Part shown: positions 12,700 to 25,980 of the stretch, one piece after another
Layout of the letters: every line of letters begins with the position of its first letter
How positions within the stretch are numbered: position 1 is the first letter of the stretch
DNA from: Phoronis australis
Taxonomy: Eukaryota > Animalia > Phoronida
NCBI GenBank assembly: GCA_002633005.1
Contig: NMRA01000022.1
Coordinates: 1,714,502 to 1,778,501, forward strand
Direction of reading: 5' to 3'
DNA length: 64,000 bases
The notes under the pieces: model-generated
Told to the model about the DNA's origin: nothing
What the model saw: only the letters and a program-made list of their open reading frames with translations
The model's database searches: none
Made by a program: the position numbers and the translations under genes

Positions 12700-13320
12700 A
12701 AATGACTCTAAGCAAGAGTCAACGACTTAATGTCCAAGCCATCCGATGAAGTAACAACACGACCGCTTTCGTTACGATAGGGTATAGGTTCCACAACTGG
12801 TGTACAAGTATCCGAAGCAACTTTAGGATCATCTTGTCCGGGTCAGAGACAACGTGACAGCTCAAACTCACACAAACAGATTTCACGTGTGTTGGCTTTG
12901 TCGGTCTACTTTCGTACATGAACACGACTACGACAGATCAGATGATTGTCCTTAATTTCTAACACATGCGATCGGGTGCGCAACTGTTTTTACACTTTAG
13001 CCTTCTTTCACGCATTTCGTAAGTGATGCAGTTTTTGTACATGCACTGGCGTTCCCTCTCGGATTTCAGCACTCGGGGTTTTCACATGTTTGTCGTAGTA
13101 GCTTTGCGTGATTTGACGTTTGCGAATTTTCTCGGAAAGTTCCACCCTCGACTGTTTTGGGGTACACTTAGCAGCAGGTAAGAAGGACCGGATTTTGCGT
13201 AGTATCGGCCGTTCGATTGGACTTGTCCTCAGTAACTGAGTTTCTGTACTCCAACAGCGCGAGTTGTAGGTCGGGAGACCTTTTAAGTAACAATTTCAGA
13301 ACCTATGGAACCAAAAATAA
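12700..13320 (-). mobile_element. Gypsy LTR-retrotransposon integrase C-terminal remnant
   Basis: Minus-strand LLKRSPDLQLALLEYRNS and RKRQITQSYYDKH resemble Gypsy integrase ALLxYRxTP..KQKxYYD motifs; degenerate. Confidence 0.55.
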
Positions 13321-13439
13321 ATTCTACATGACCTGTTACAGAATTGGGTGAAACTTAACCAGCGGATTCATATCCACCTCAAACGACACGAACCACCGTA
13401 ATACACTCATTGACCTCTCCATCTATTTTGATACCCCCT

Positions 13440-16400
13440 GAATTTTTTACTTGAAACATACAAAAAATTCAGCTTAAAATGACCTCTTTTGGTAATGGAA
13501 CTATTCGTTGTAGACTGAGGACTGATATTTGCTACTGTGCAGGCAGGTATGATGTTCATTCCCCAGTCCATGAATATAATTTTCAAAGAAATAAAACTAC
13601 CCCTTTCGCTGGGGTACTCGTTTTGTCGTACCACCTTTTAAGTACCCAAACTCAAACTAAGTTATTGGTAAATATATAGCAAGCTGTAACAAAGTGACTC
13701 TTTTAATCTGTAGACCATGAATAAAAGTTACAACAATAAAGGCCAGATGTCTTAGTCTTTTTCGACTTGATGGTCAGAAATTTAACTGGAAGTGTGCATT
13801 TTTGGTTGTCAGGTGTCAAGTACCTGTTGTAATTGCTCATTAATATAAAATACCAACAGTGACTGAAACTTTTAAATGGGCAGTAGAAACATTATTTCAC
13901 TTGCAGAATTATTGTTATTACATATTTCATTACATATGGCCCAAAATACATGTATGAAGTTACAAATAACATTATACAGTGTCGCCCTTCTCTTCAATGA
14001 TAAATAGGCAAGTGTAAACTAAGCAAGTTGATGAACCTATGGAGAGTGGAGAAATTCCAAGAATGACCACCGGTCTGATTAAGCCTCACACTCCATTAAA
14101 AGGAAATTCGTCTTCAATGGCAATGGCATTGCATCATTTACAAATTCTTTCACTGTATTCAATGAACACATGATATTGACGACTCCATAATACAATTCGG
14201 TTACTGGTCCGATCATTAAATGGTGACGGCTTTTTTAAAAGTGCTGTTTCCAGAAGGAGGAAATCATTTTGGAAGTTTAATAACTCTCTCTTAAAAACTG
14301 AGTATATTGCTGCGGTCAAGGATACTATTAAATTAGTTAAACAGCAGGATATGAGTGACGACATACAGACAGTCGATAGGACAAGTGATTCAGATTTGAC
14401 AAATATCTATAAATAATCAACATTTTCTTGAAACGGTGTTGTTGGAGATTCGCGGCAAAACAATTTCATTTCCTACTTACTTAAAAAGAAAGAGTGAAAG
14501 AGCTGAACAGCAACTTATCAAAGAAATAAGCTTGTTGAAAAAAGTCTAAGCCTTGATAGGGGACTACTGGAACAAAAAACAATCAACTTGCCGACCTAAG
14601 GCAGAATAAGTTTAGGGGTCTTGTAACTAGGTCGAGAGTAAGATGGATTGAAGAGGGTAAAAAGCTTTCCAACTATTTTCTTCACTTGGAATATAGGCAT
14701 TACACAAGTAAGTTAATGTCCTTTTTGTGGACAACGCTAACTCGATTTTGAAGAAGCATTTGATTCATTGTCGTGCAATTTTAGTCAAAAAAAACTTTTA
14801 ATTATCTTTTCTTAATTTTGGTTGGTCGATCAGAAGGTGGGTATAAGTATTTTATAGTAATATTATGTCGTGTGTTGTCGTAAATGGTCACCAATCTTCC
14901 TGGTTCATTATTTCGCGTGGCTGCAGTCAAGGTAATCCTTCGTCTCCCTACATTTTCATATTCTGCGCGAAGATTTGGGCGTATTTAATCAAGAATAATA
15001 AAAATATTGCAGGTATAGTTGCAGTAAACAAAAAATGTTTGATTTTAAAATATGCGGACGACACATCAATTACTTTGGTAGGGTCAAATTTGTCGTTGAC
15101 TACCACATTGAATGTACCACATTTGTTTGCTAGCGTCTCCGGTCTCCAAGTAAATGTGGATGAAACAAAAACCATATGGTTTGGATGTAAAACCGGTAGT
15201 GACGATGTGATTCCTACAAAAGAAAGTCTGTCTTGGACAAAAATCTTTTATAATGTTGGGGTTGGATTTTGACACTCAATTGGATAGAATGACGTATAAA
15301 ATCTTCACTGTAAGAATGACTGAACTTAAGTCTTTATTAAAAAGTTGGAGTCAACGAAATTTAGCGCCGTTTGGTAGAGTAACTATAATGAAACGTTAGC
15401 TGTTTCTAAACTTAGTTTTTGTTGTCAATTTTACCAAATCCACCAGTAAGCCTTGGATGAATTGAATACGATAATCTTTAGATTTGTATGGCGCGCTTTA
15501 AATGGTAAAATTTAACGAACTACGTCCTATTTAGTACTAGATCAACGGGGACCTCAAATGGTGAATATACATACTTTCAGCAAAGCTTTATAAAAATTGC
15601 CATGGCCCATAGATATCTTGAAAGCCCTGCGTCTAAATGTGGTCAATCACTATACTCACACTACCCGTTCTGAAAGAATTTTTCTTCATTTGGAGATAAC
15701 TTTATTAAGTCGAAGTTAACTCTAACTGATAATTCCTACTGGCGCAAAGTACTTGGAAGTATGACATCTCTATAAGAAAATAATTCTTGCGAGTAAGAAG
15801 ACTTTTAGAATCAACCTTTAGTAGTAACTTGGGGATCGGAGGCTCAAGTGTTTTTTATACATGTAAGTCTTGGTTTGTAAAAGGCATAAGATTCGTCAAA
15901 GATATGTATACGTCTGATGGCAATTTCGTTAGTTTAGAGCATATGATAAATGTGTTTGATGTAAAAATCAGCTTAATGTTTGTAGAATATAATGGTGTTG
16001 TTTCTGTTCAAAGAAGGTTCCAAAAAGTCTATTTCAAAGTAAATTTAATAGGTTTAATGTCTGTTCTCCTTGCATGCCTTTAGCAATGACTTTACTTACG
16101 GAAAGATGTGAAGGGTTGTAGTCATATTTGCTCTATCTTTAACAACATTAAGAAACCTTATAAGTATAAAGGGAAAATAGTGTTTGGAGCTAGTTTGGAC
16201 TGGAAGAAAATATACGTAATGCCTTATGAAATTACAAAGGATCCTAACATTAGATGGTTCCAATTTAGAATAAGACACAGGCTTATTGCAAAAATGCTTT
16301 TTAGTCAAAATCCAATTCGGTATTCTAAATTATATTCCTTTTGTAATAAAGCTCCAAAGACGCTGTCACATCTTTTTGCGTATGTCGCCCTGTATATGAT

Positions 16401-16790
16401 TTTTGTAAGAAATTCAGAAAACCACTTCAAATGTGTCTCATTCAGCTTCCCAGCTGCATCTCTTACAAACGTGTTATTCTCGGACTTTATGAGACACATG
16501 ATTTTCTATTTTAAATTTTGTTATTACCAGCCAAACAGTACATTTACAAGGAGTGATGTTACAAAAACATACCTAACATTTACAAGTTTGTACTTATGAG
16601 TACTATAATGTTGAAAATTTTGTATATGACAGTTTCTCTGGGAAATGGGAAAATTTATTGTTGAGTTAATTCCACGTAGCAGTTGAAACGATATACGAGA
16701 ATGGTCTCTCCTGAGGTGTGCATGCGTGAATGAATGGATGTACTTATTTGCTTGTTTGTTTTGTATATATGATAATAAATATCTGAAAAA
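13440..16790 (+). mobile_element. Degenerate L1-clade (Tx1-like) LINE ORF2: endonuclease, RT, C-terminal zinc region
   Basis: YWSDH, FWKFNNSLLK, RSRVRWIEEG, SRGCSQGNPSSPYIF, KYADDT and FQFRIRHR..SFCNKAPKTLSHLF, spread across frameshifts. Confidence 0.85.
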
Positions 16791-16859
16791 GCTAGTCAGA
16801 ATATGTGAATGAATCCTTGGAATCGGGGCCTAAAACAGCATAACACGGTGGAGGCATAT

Positions 16860-17733
16860 AGTCGGAGCAATGAGGGATAACCCTAGACCGAACCTTGAAT
16901 GAACCGCGGTTGACGGCTTACAGTCCGAAGCAAGTGCAGCGATGCGATATCCTTGTTGTTTCCAAGTACATCAGCAGGGACCTCGATGTCGAAGCTGACT
17001 CCTGGCCATGCCACAGCGGCTGAAGGAGGGGATCGCAGAAAGTGTGTCCTATGGACAAGTGGCTGTCGTGACAAAGCGATCATAGCGATAGACACCGACT
17101 TCTCCTACACCAGCCTCTTTCTTGTCTGAGTGCTCACGGACGTTGTTTCTCACCATAAATGGGGTAGAAGCAAGGACATCAACGTCTAGTGTCTTAATGG
17201 CAAGGCCCTCGGAGACCAATTTGTGGCAACCAAGCATGATATTGGTCTTGGTTTCGCCGACATCAAGTGTGGAGAGAACATCATCTTGTAAAGCATGCTG
17301 GGTGTTGGGGACGATAGGTGCACCGAGTGATTGGGCACAAGTTTCGCGTATCATATTTCCTGTAGTACCTACCACAATCGAGAGTAAACCATACCGGTTG
17401 ATTGTTACACACAGCCTCGATGAAAGGTGACTGGATAATGTGCACTCGGGTCGCTATGGACTCTTCGGGTTCGAAAATCTCGTCGGGATACTCTGAGAGA
17501 CTGGGATCATCAACCTTGGAGAAGCAGGCCTTCGTGAAATAGCGTCTGTCTTCTGCGAATAAGTAGGGACGCTGAGACAAGTAGTGGTGAAACTGAGCGA
17601 TGAGCTTGCTTACACAGTGGACAAGACTTTGCTGGGCTTCAGCGAGGGACCAAGGTTGCCTTGCGAGGTAGTGCCAGCATCGCTTTGACATCTTGAAGTG
17701 TTTGTAACTCATCAACCAATGGTTGAAGTGCCT
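16860..17733 (-). mobile_element. Gypsy gag C-terminus and protease (piece 3 of a split element)
   Basis: LQPLVDELQTLQDVK, HHYLSQRPYL, FTLDCG/TTGNMIR aspartic-protease-like motif. Confidence 0.7.
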
Positions 17734-20647
17734 TGATGCGCCGTGAAATGTAACAATTTTGTGAAATGTAACAAGTTGTTACATTTTATGTCACTGTTAC
17801 ATTTTACGTCGAATGCTCAAGCGATAAATGTACTATTGTTACATTTTACGAAAGCGACGTCATATTTCATGAGTTTGCTTGGTATTTGTCACAGGGAGGA
17901 AAACGGTTTACGCACTTAACGGATTTTTTTTTCTCAAATGGCTTGAATGAAATTCTGTCAAATGAACAGCTCAAATGTGTCCCTATGGGCTCTACATAGT
18001 CTTTTGTTTTTCTGTTTTGTCTTATTTTTTTGAACACGAATAGTTTCTTAGTATCGTCAAAAAATGAACCCCTTGCAGTTTCAACTCAAATTTTTCTCCC
18101 ACCCCATCAGCCCCCCTACACGACTGTTGGCATCTCCAATTTCAAACACTACCATTCAACCCCCGCTACCCTTCACATTCCTTCCTCTACCTCTCCTTAT
18201 TGTCCCGTTGCCCACCTCCGGACCTATCTGGCCTTATCCGTCCATTTTTACGGCCCCCTGTTCCGTCTCGCCGACTCCTCACCAGTCACACGTTCCTTCT
18301 TCACTCAAATACTCAATGCCGTCATAATATCTGCCTCCCTTGACTCGCACTCTACAATTCTCACAGCTTTGGCATCGGCAGCGCCACCTCTGCTGCTGCT
18401 CTCGGCATCCCGGGGACTATCATCCAACGCATGGGCCGCTGGAAGACTGACGCCGTCAAGGGGTAAATCCGCGTGTCAGTTTTCCCCCACCTCGTCCCTA
18501 ATTTCCCCCTCCAATTCTCCATCTCTTGTCTCCCCCATCCCCTTCCTTCCCCACACCACCCTTTACCTCCCCTCAGGTGTCAGTATTGTCTGCACCTCCC
18601 ACCCTGGTGTCCGTACTGCCTACGCCTCTTCCCTGCCCTGGTTCTCCTTCACCCCCCACTCACATCCGCGGGGTCAGTATTACCTGCACCTTCCCTATTA
18701 ACACCATCCGCTTCGTGTCCGTACATTGTTAGTCTCATCAGTAGTTTAATTCTTCGGTTACCTTACTAGTCCTTATCTACGCCATTTTGTTAGGCATTCA
18801 TTTACCTTTGCCTTGTTACTCTACCTCGTTTAGTTAAACTATTGTTAGCTATATTTCCATTATGTCAGCTATTTTGTTATTCCCTGTTAGCCGTTTTGAT
18901 TCTATTGGTCATTGTCTTTTATTTTTTAGTTTCTCTTCCGTTTCATTTGCGTTTCCGTATCCCTCCTTCCATGTTTCCTCTGTTTCTCAGTTTTCATTAT
19001 TTTTCAAGTTCTAGCTTACCTTTTAGGTTTTTGTATCATATTTTCGTTCTTTATCACTTTTTTGCGTTATTAATATCCATTTCTTCCCGCCACGACACGG
19101 GGTGAGACAACACCGGCACCTGTTCCAGCCCTGGGCAACCGTACCCCCCTCCGGTTTGGCACCCGGAGTTAGGGTTGGGTATCCGGCACATCTTTTCTTT
19201 CATTTATTTCCTTTCGTGCGTCCTTGCGGATGGGCATGAGCTCTCTTACAACGTCTCTTGTGGCGCATTCTTATTGCCCCTCTTACCAAAAATTACCATT
19301 TTTACGTAACTTATCTGTATTCATTAGTCAATAAATGACCTTATATCGCCTACCTCGGTCTCCTTTTATCTCTGGTAACGAGCTGCGACGCACGTATTAT
19401 TCAGGACATAAGTCGATCACAAAGCAGTTTCCAGGATCAAGTAACAAGTGTGTTATTGTTAAAGTGTCCTTGCAATAAACCAATCCGGCATTGCAGTAAA
19501 CATGCTGTCCTTGGTAAGCACAGCAGAATAAATAACATCATATTTTGGCTAATATTTATCGTATTTTTCACAAAGAATTCAGTTACGGAAGCCAATTTTG
19601 ATAGAAAAATCAACCGTTTTAGTCTAATTAGTTATATCACAAACAATACGGTGCTTGCACACAGTACAGAATTAATCCATTTTTGAAGATGACGGAAATC
19701 TAAAAAAAATTTCAAATATCAGCCTCCTCGTTTCCAAAACGTAGGCCTACTCTACATCCGCAGCGGCCACAACATCGTGGAGGCTAAACCTAGGAACCTC
19801 TTTAAATCCTTTTGAAACAGCACTCGCTGTCCATTATGGGAAGCCCGGTGGAAACATTGAACCATAAATGAAATGATTTTAAAATCTATGAGGACCATGA
19901 TGTACATGTATTAGAAACTTTGCAAAGCATGTATTGTGTATATTGCACTCTGTCCTTGTTAAATAAATTCAATAGTAATAACAACAACAGCAACAATAGT
20001 AATAATAATAACAACACTAATAATGGTTAGCCCAATTCATGCCATGTCAGCCCGGGAGTATTCCTATAGAAGAGGTATACGAACAGTGCCGGCTAAAAGG
20101 GTTATTTTTCACAGCAAAAAAGGTTCTCCAAAATGGAGACATTTTCGACAAAGTACTTATATTTCTGAATTTCTGGAAAAGAATTGTGCAAAAATGTGAA
20201 TTTTTACACAAAAAAACTCTTTAAATGTGTATGGTATCCAAATTTTCGGGCGGCACCCCTCGTCCAAAAAATACTCGAGAACCCCCGGCCGTGTCATACA
20301 ACACTTGTTCGTGATTTTGGTCGCTTACTTTGTGATATGATCTAGGTTTCGTAAAATGTAGAAATGGTACATTTTTGCATGTGCCTTCGACGAAAAATGC
20401 AACAATTACGTAAATTACTAGTTACATTTTAGGAGAGGCTTAGCAACGTAAAATGTAACAATGACGTAAAATGTAANCAATATTAGGGTCCCTGGTTCGA
20501 CCCCGTCCTCGGTTTCCCGCCAAATCGTTATCTCACTAGTGAGATAACTTTATGGGTTATTACACGGTTGTATCTGCCATTCGACGTTAATATTGTGGTA
20601 TAACAGTTGTTACACTTTACAAAATTGTTACATTGTACGGCGTATTA
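17734..20647. mobile_element. Non-autonomous DNA transposon with TIRs and 6-bp TSD (GTGCCT), inserted in Gypsy gag
   Basis: Ends tgatgcgccgtgaaatgtaacaatttt.. and ..aaaattgttacattgtacggcgtatta; GTGCCT at 17728-17733 and 20648-20653; many subterminal aaatgtaac repeats. Confidence 0.8.
18100..19380 (+). mobile_element. DIRS/Ngaro-type tyrosine-recombinase retroelement 3' fragment (nested)
   Basis: YCPVAHLRTYL..GPLFRLADSSPVTRSFF, then after a frameshift HSFGIGSATSAAALG..IQRMGRWKTDAVK (HSFRIGAAT/GRW recombinase motifs). Confidence 0.8.
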
Positions 20648-20919
20648 GTGCCTGCGAAATCTCGGATTTGATGGATGCAAGTGACTTACTTCGGAGTTCG
20701 GGACCAAATCGCTGTTGGACGAGATGCGGTAAATCAGGCTTAATAAAGCGTAACCGAGTGAGGACTGCTAAATTTTCTAAGGTCGGGACCATCTCATCCT
20801 CGTCTGTGACAAGCACGCCATGGTGTAGAATGGTGTTGTCCGGGCCGAGCAAATTGTCTTCGATTAGTGACATTATTTGCTTATATGGATCTTCATTGCG
20901 CTCGTCGGGTTAGAGGTGA
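20648..20919 (-). mobile_element. Gypsy gag middle (piece 2 of split element)
   Basis: PDERNEDPYKQIMSLIEDNLL..VPTLENLAVLTRL..VQQRFGPELRSKSLASIKSEISQAL; continues in frame into piece 3 once the insertion is removed. Confidence 0.75.
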
Positions 20920-23783
20920 TAATCCGGGAGCCAGGGGGGTTGAGCCTGGTTTTGCCGGATAAAGTTTTTTTCTTTGCTGTTTCATGTAACCTAGGGTTAA
21001 GTTACCATGATTTAGGGGGGGGGGGTGACCGTTCGCAACCCTTGAGCATTTTTAAATATGCAAATTTAGGTCGCCATACCAAGTAGTGCAGCCAGATAAT
21101 TTTGACGCTTTTACCCATGTTTTCATGGTCAATGAATTTAATAGTGCAAGTCTTTTGGTGAATACACTGTCAATTTTCATAATTTATGCAAATTAAGGCC
21201 GTCATTATGCAAAATTCTATTTTTGCCTATAATTTCCTTACCAATCACTGCAGGCAGGTTATTTTGATGCTTTCACCCATGTTTCCATGGTCAACGAATT
21301 TAATAGTGGAAGTGTTTTGGTGAATACATTGTCAATCTGCATAATTTATGCAAATTAAGGCCGCCATTATTCAAAATTCTTGTGCTTATAACTACTGTAC
21401 CAGGCACCACAGATGAACTATCATGATTTTTGGACCTATAATCTTTTGGTCAATTAGTTTAATAAAATCGGTTTGCACATTGTTGCATGATAAATTTGCA
21501 TAACTAATGCAAATTAAGGGCGCCATTATTCAAAATTCTAATTGTGCTTATAGCTGCGGTACCAAGCATCACAGTTAAACTCTGATGATATTTGAACCTA
21601 ATTCCTATGGTCAGTTAGATTAATGAAATCAGTTTGCAAGTTGCATGATAAATTAGCATAATTTATGAAAATAAAAGCGGCAATTATTAAACATTCTATT
21701 TCAGCTCGTAACTTTCTTACAGGTAGATTATTTTGGTATTTTGCTGATTAATTTTAGGTAATCTGTCATTACATAAAAATGACCGGTAATTTATTTCACA
21801 ACAATACAAATTCTAGGTTTGTCTGATAACCACGGTATGTGTAGTAGATAAACAAATTGTTTAATTGCATAAACCCAGGACACAACCTATCTAATGGACA
21901 CCAGTCACAAGAAGTTTCAAATTCTAATTCAACACTTGGAACGTGAGCACACTACAATATAGCGTGCCCAAAATATTGTGCCGGGTAGAAAGACACTGCA
22001 ATTCATGGAATCTGACCTTTGCAGTCACACCTAATCATCACCAGTATGCAATATAGGAGCGAGTTGAACACCATGCAGAATTATAGATGGTGAGAGTGAT
22101 TTCTTCATGACATCTTTCTTCCATCCATAGTCCTCTGGATCTAGTGCTGGTGATATTCCACCACGTGACTGACTGGTATTGGGCTCTGTTTACGTTTACA
22201 TTCTCTCTGAATGTCTCTGTTGTCGGTGACAGTTTGGGGGCGGACATATATTTCTCATTTCTCTTCCCCATACCAGTAGTCTGGTTTCTGACATCTTCCT
22301 GATTCTCTTCATTCCATAACAGGCACACATACATTTAGTTGCCTGTTTCATGACATCAGAAAAATGTGCATTAAAAGTGCCGATGGCAGACAGGTCATGT
22401 CCAGCCTTCAATATTTTAACGATGGATGCCTTTCCAACTCCATAGTAGCATGCCATCGCGTTACAACCCTACAGCACATGGGCAGGGAGGAGACCTTCAC
22501 AATATCGCTACATGTTTCCACTGTTAACTTTATGTCTATGACTGTTCTACGCTTACTAGGTGATTTCATGATTGTGGTATTTGAAACTGTTTCAGTTAGT
22601 AATGCAGGCGAAGGACAAAATACATTTTTGTCATCCGAAACAACCTAAAATTTGTTAAGTTCATATCCATATTTCATGTCTTGTTGCACAATAATGGAGC
22701 TAGCTTCTTCGTGAGATATCTCCAATGTCCTTGTACTGTATTAAGGGAAAAGAATCTTCATCAGTGATTACTTACTTGTGTTCCGTACCTACTACGTGCC
22801 TTTCTCGAAGGCTGATAACATTGCCTGCCCAATGCTTGTTTCATGTAGGCTTACGTTAACTGTTGGAGTAGCAATCCTGTCACCGCGAATGTTCACTACT
22901 GCGTCTTTGGGATGGACCTTGGGATCCAATAGATCGATGCTGGTATCTACTTTTGACATATTCGTGCAATATCCTGAGCATGTGCATCAAGAAGTGCCTT
23001 ACTTTCTTCCGTGTGATAGGTTTTAGTCCAAGAACTAATGTTACCGCCCTCCATCTCGCCAAGATCTGTTTTAATCTTGTAGGATAAATGGCAACTTGTG
23101 CCCAAAGCCTAAGAGTCTCGTCTTTGAGGGCAATTCCCTACTATTCCCTCACTACTGTTTTCGTACCTCATGAATGTGGTCCCTATAAACTGATCGCTCC
23201 GAGCCCCATTCCAGCATTCACCCAAGTCACTAAACTAATCTGCGTTTTTTTCTATGGTCTGTGGGAGCGCAGGAAATAGGCAATATCTTTTTTTTGAATT
23301 TAAAGTCTCAAACTTCAGAACACACACTACACAAAATATTCTCTTACTTCATCTTCAAAAAGGAGATTTTACAATTTATCATGCTACAACCTGCAAACAG
23401 ATTTCTTTAAATTCATTGACCACTGAAACATGGGTGCAAATATTTATTAATCTCTGGTGTCTGATGCAGCACTTATAAGCATATTAAATATTTGAACATG
23501 GCAGTTGTGTAAATTATCAATTATGCAAATTCATGAAAATATGAGATAAATTTGAAAATAATCTACATGTAATACGAAAAGCAGAAACAGTATTTGGAAT
23601 ACTGGTGTCCTTTATTTGCATAAAATTTGTCCGCTACTCCGGAAGTGACGTTTTAGGAGGCAAGCATTTCGCTCCAATTTCTTTCTATACAGTCTGACTG
23701 TGAGAGCTGCCGACTCAGTCATTGTTCTACCTCGGTTGTGTTAAGTTCCGTCGTCGTTTGCTTTCATTTACTAGTCAGTCAAC

Positions 23784-24600
23784 ATGCCACACTGTTGCTG
23801 CGTACCGGCTAGGACCAATATATATATTACTCCCAGGTACCGGGATGTACTAATTATCGTCTCACGCGCGCTTTTGGAGTACCTTCGCATAGCTTTCCGA
23901 TGGATGACAGACTTCGCCGTACTTGGCTCGTTCGTGTGAAGAGCGCAGCGTTACCCGTCCACGCAACGTACAAAGCAGTCGAGAATTACCGTGTGTGTGG
24001 CAAACACTTTCTGCCGTCCGATTACGAAAAGGATTTGTACGCTGAACTGATGAAGGTCCCTGCGAAACAACGCCTGAAGCAGGATGCCATTCCGTCCGTG
24101 TTGATTCCTGACGGTGCCCCGTCGCCATCCCCGAGATGTGTGTTTTCGCGAGCTGTGGCCAGTACAGTGACTGGAGCCAGTGGAGGCACTTCATCTACTG
24201 TCACCCGTGCCTCCGAACGTACCCCAGAGCGTGCCATTCCTGGAACCAGTAGTGATTCGCCCTGTGCTGTTTTCTCCAGCCCAGAGCCTCTAAGCAGCCC
24301 TGCAGCGATATTGAGTAGTGGGAGTGATTACAGGCCCAGTTCGACACCCAGTGAAGAGGACAGTTCGTCGTCCAGTGAACAGATCGGTGAGCCAAACTTT
24401 GATAAGTTTATTGTGGACTTGTCTAAAGTGTTGGAGCTATTTAGAAGGTGCCAGGTGTGTGGCGAGGGAGTCACACGACACGATGTAAGCAGTTTGGGTG
24501 CTCAGGTCACCATCCAGTGGGAGTGTGTCGCGGGACACTCTGGCAAGTGGGACAGTTGTTCCTCTGTCCGTGGTATGCCGGAGGTCCACTTAACCATGTC
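23784..24600 (+). pseudogene. THAP-domain transposase 5' part (truncated before the catalytic domain)
   Basis: MPHCCCVP.., MDDRLRRTWLVRV..YRVCGKHFLPSDY..RLKQDAIPSV (THAP/AVPTIF-like box), then FIVDLSKVLELFRRCQVCG..WECVAGHSGKW. Confidence 0.75.
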
Positions 24601-24897
24601 CAGTAGTGGCTTGGCCTCGTCGAACTCTGAACAGCACAAGCATTCCATTGAGGTAGGCATAACAACGCACACAGTGCATTTGCACCAAGATGTGTCACCA
24701 CGTCTGTCCTCAGTAGACGCCTCGTTTCTCTCAACAGCTGTCTGTGCCTGTGCGTACTCTGCCTCGTTATACTCGGGCTCAAACATGTACCCACCCACTG
24801 AATGTCCGTGAAAAAATTCCTCGTCACCACTGCTGTGAACAAGGTCTCCGTCACTCACACTACTGTTACTGTGATACGGGTCACCGAGTCCAGCCAT
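24595..24897 (-). pseudogene. P2X7 C-terminal/nanor-like Cys-rich ORF 5' part (Kolobok accessory gene)
   Basis: GYMFEPEY..RRGDTSWCKCTVCVVMPTSMECLCCSE. Confidence 0.7.
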
Positions 24898-25571
24898 TTT
24901 CAGTTTACAACACTCTAAACAATCCCTAAATCCAACGTAGTTGAGTTCTCTACTAACCTACGTTGCCGCAGAATACTCGCCGATGGAAAGTGGTGGCGAC
25001 AATTGTTGAAAAACAGCAAAAAACAAAAGTAGAGCAGAACAGATTCGCACGGTAAACTCAACGCAAAACCAAGTGGCGGGAAATGCTTGCCTCCTAAAAC
25101 GTCACTTCCGGAGTAGCTATTAGAACAAGTAAACTTTTGAATAATGGCGGCCTTAATTTATATTAATTATGCAAACTGACGATGTATCCACCCAAAAAAT
25201 TCGCTATTAAATTCGTTGACCATGGAAACATGGGTGAAAGCATCAAAATAACCTGCCTGCAATGATTGGTAAGGAAATTACAAGAAAAAATAGAATTTTG
25301 CATAATGACGGCCTTTTAGCACTACTAAATTCATTAACCATGAAAACATGGGTAAAAACGTCAAAATTATCTGGCTGCATTGCTTGGTAAGGAAAATAAA
25401 AGCAAAAATTGAATTTTGCATAATGGCGACGGCATATTTTAAAAAATGCTCAAAGGTTGCGAACGGTCACCTCCCTAAATCATGATCAACTATGCCTAGG
25501 CTACATGAAACAGCAAAGAAAAATCTTTATCCGACAAATCCAGGTTAAGTAAAAAACAGCATTTGGCTCCC

Positions 25572-25980
25572 AAAAAACCAATCAAATATCCTCCAGATGT
25601 CTGAAAGCCGTAAGGTCTTCTCAAAACTTTGTCATATACCGGCAAGTGAGGTGGACTGTTTGACAGTAACACTACGAGCAATCACAAGACCTAACAAGGC
25701 CAATTGGCTTAACATGAGGTTTAAGTGGGTTAGTTTCTGACTGACTGTGCGTCGCCGGAGCACAGGTACAGCATCTATATCGCCATTTAAGCCCCTCAAT
25801 GGGACTTTGGGTTTTTGCAACACAAAATCAGCTTGCAGGAAGGTCGCAAAATTTGGGTCGAGTGACAGGACATAAGTAATGTTATTTTTCCAGTTATCAA
25901 AACATTTTATGGTTTGGCATTTAGATAAACACCACTGATTCGGTGCTTTTTGTATGATTCGAGTAAGACTGCCACCACGC
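25572..25980 (-). mobile_element. Gypsy gag N-terminus and PBS-like site (piece 1 of split element)
   Basis: KAPNQWCLSK..WKNNITYVLSLDPNFATFL..RRTVSQKLTHLNLMLSQLA..YGFQTSGG; minus-strand TGGTGGCAG near 25969-25977. Confidence 0.7.

Larger units (their letters stand above)
23633..25117. mobile_element. KolobokP-like internal-deletion derivative bounded by perfect 38-bp inverted repeats
   Basis: gctactccggaagtgacgttttaggaggcaagcatttc (23633-23670) and its exact reverse complement (25080-25117); contains convergent THAP and P2X7/nanor-like ORFs. Confidence 0.65.
20920..25571 (-). mobile_element. Academ-like DNA transposon with long TIRs and decayed transposase
   Basis: 20920-21380 is an inverted match to 25140-25571; minus-strand fragments CYYGVGKASIVKIL..QATKCMCACYG and SPTTETFRENV..RAQYQSVTW; family assignment by motif recall. 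Confidence 0.65.
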
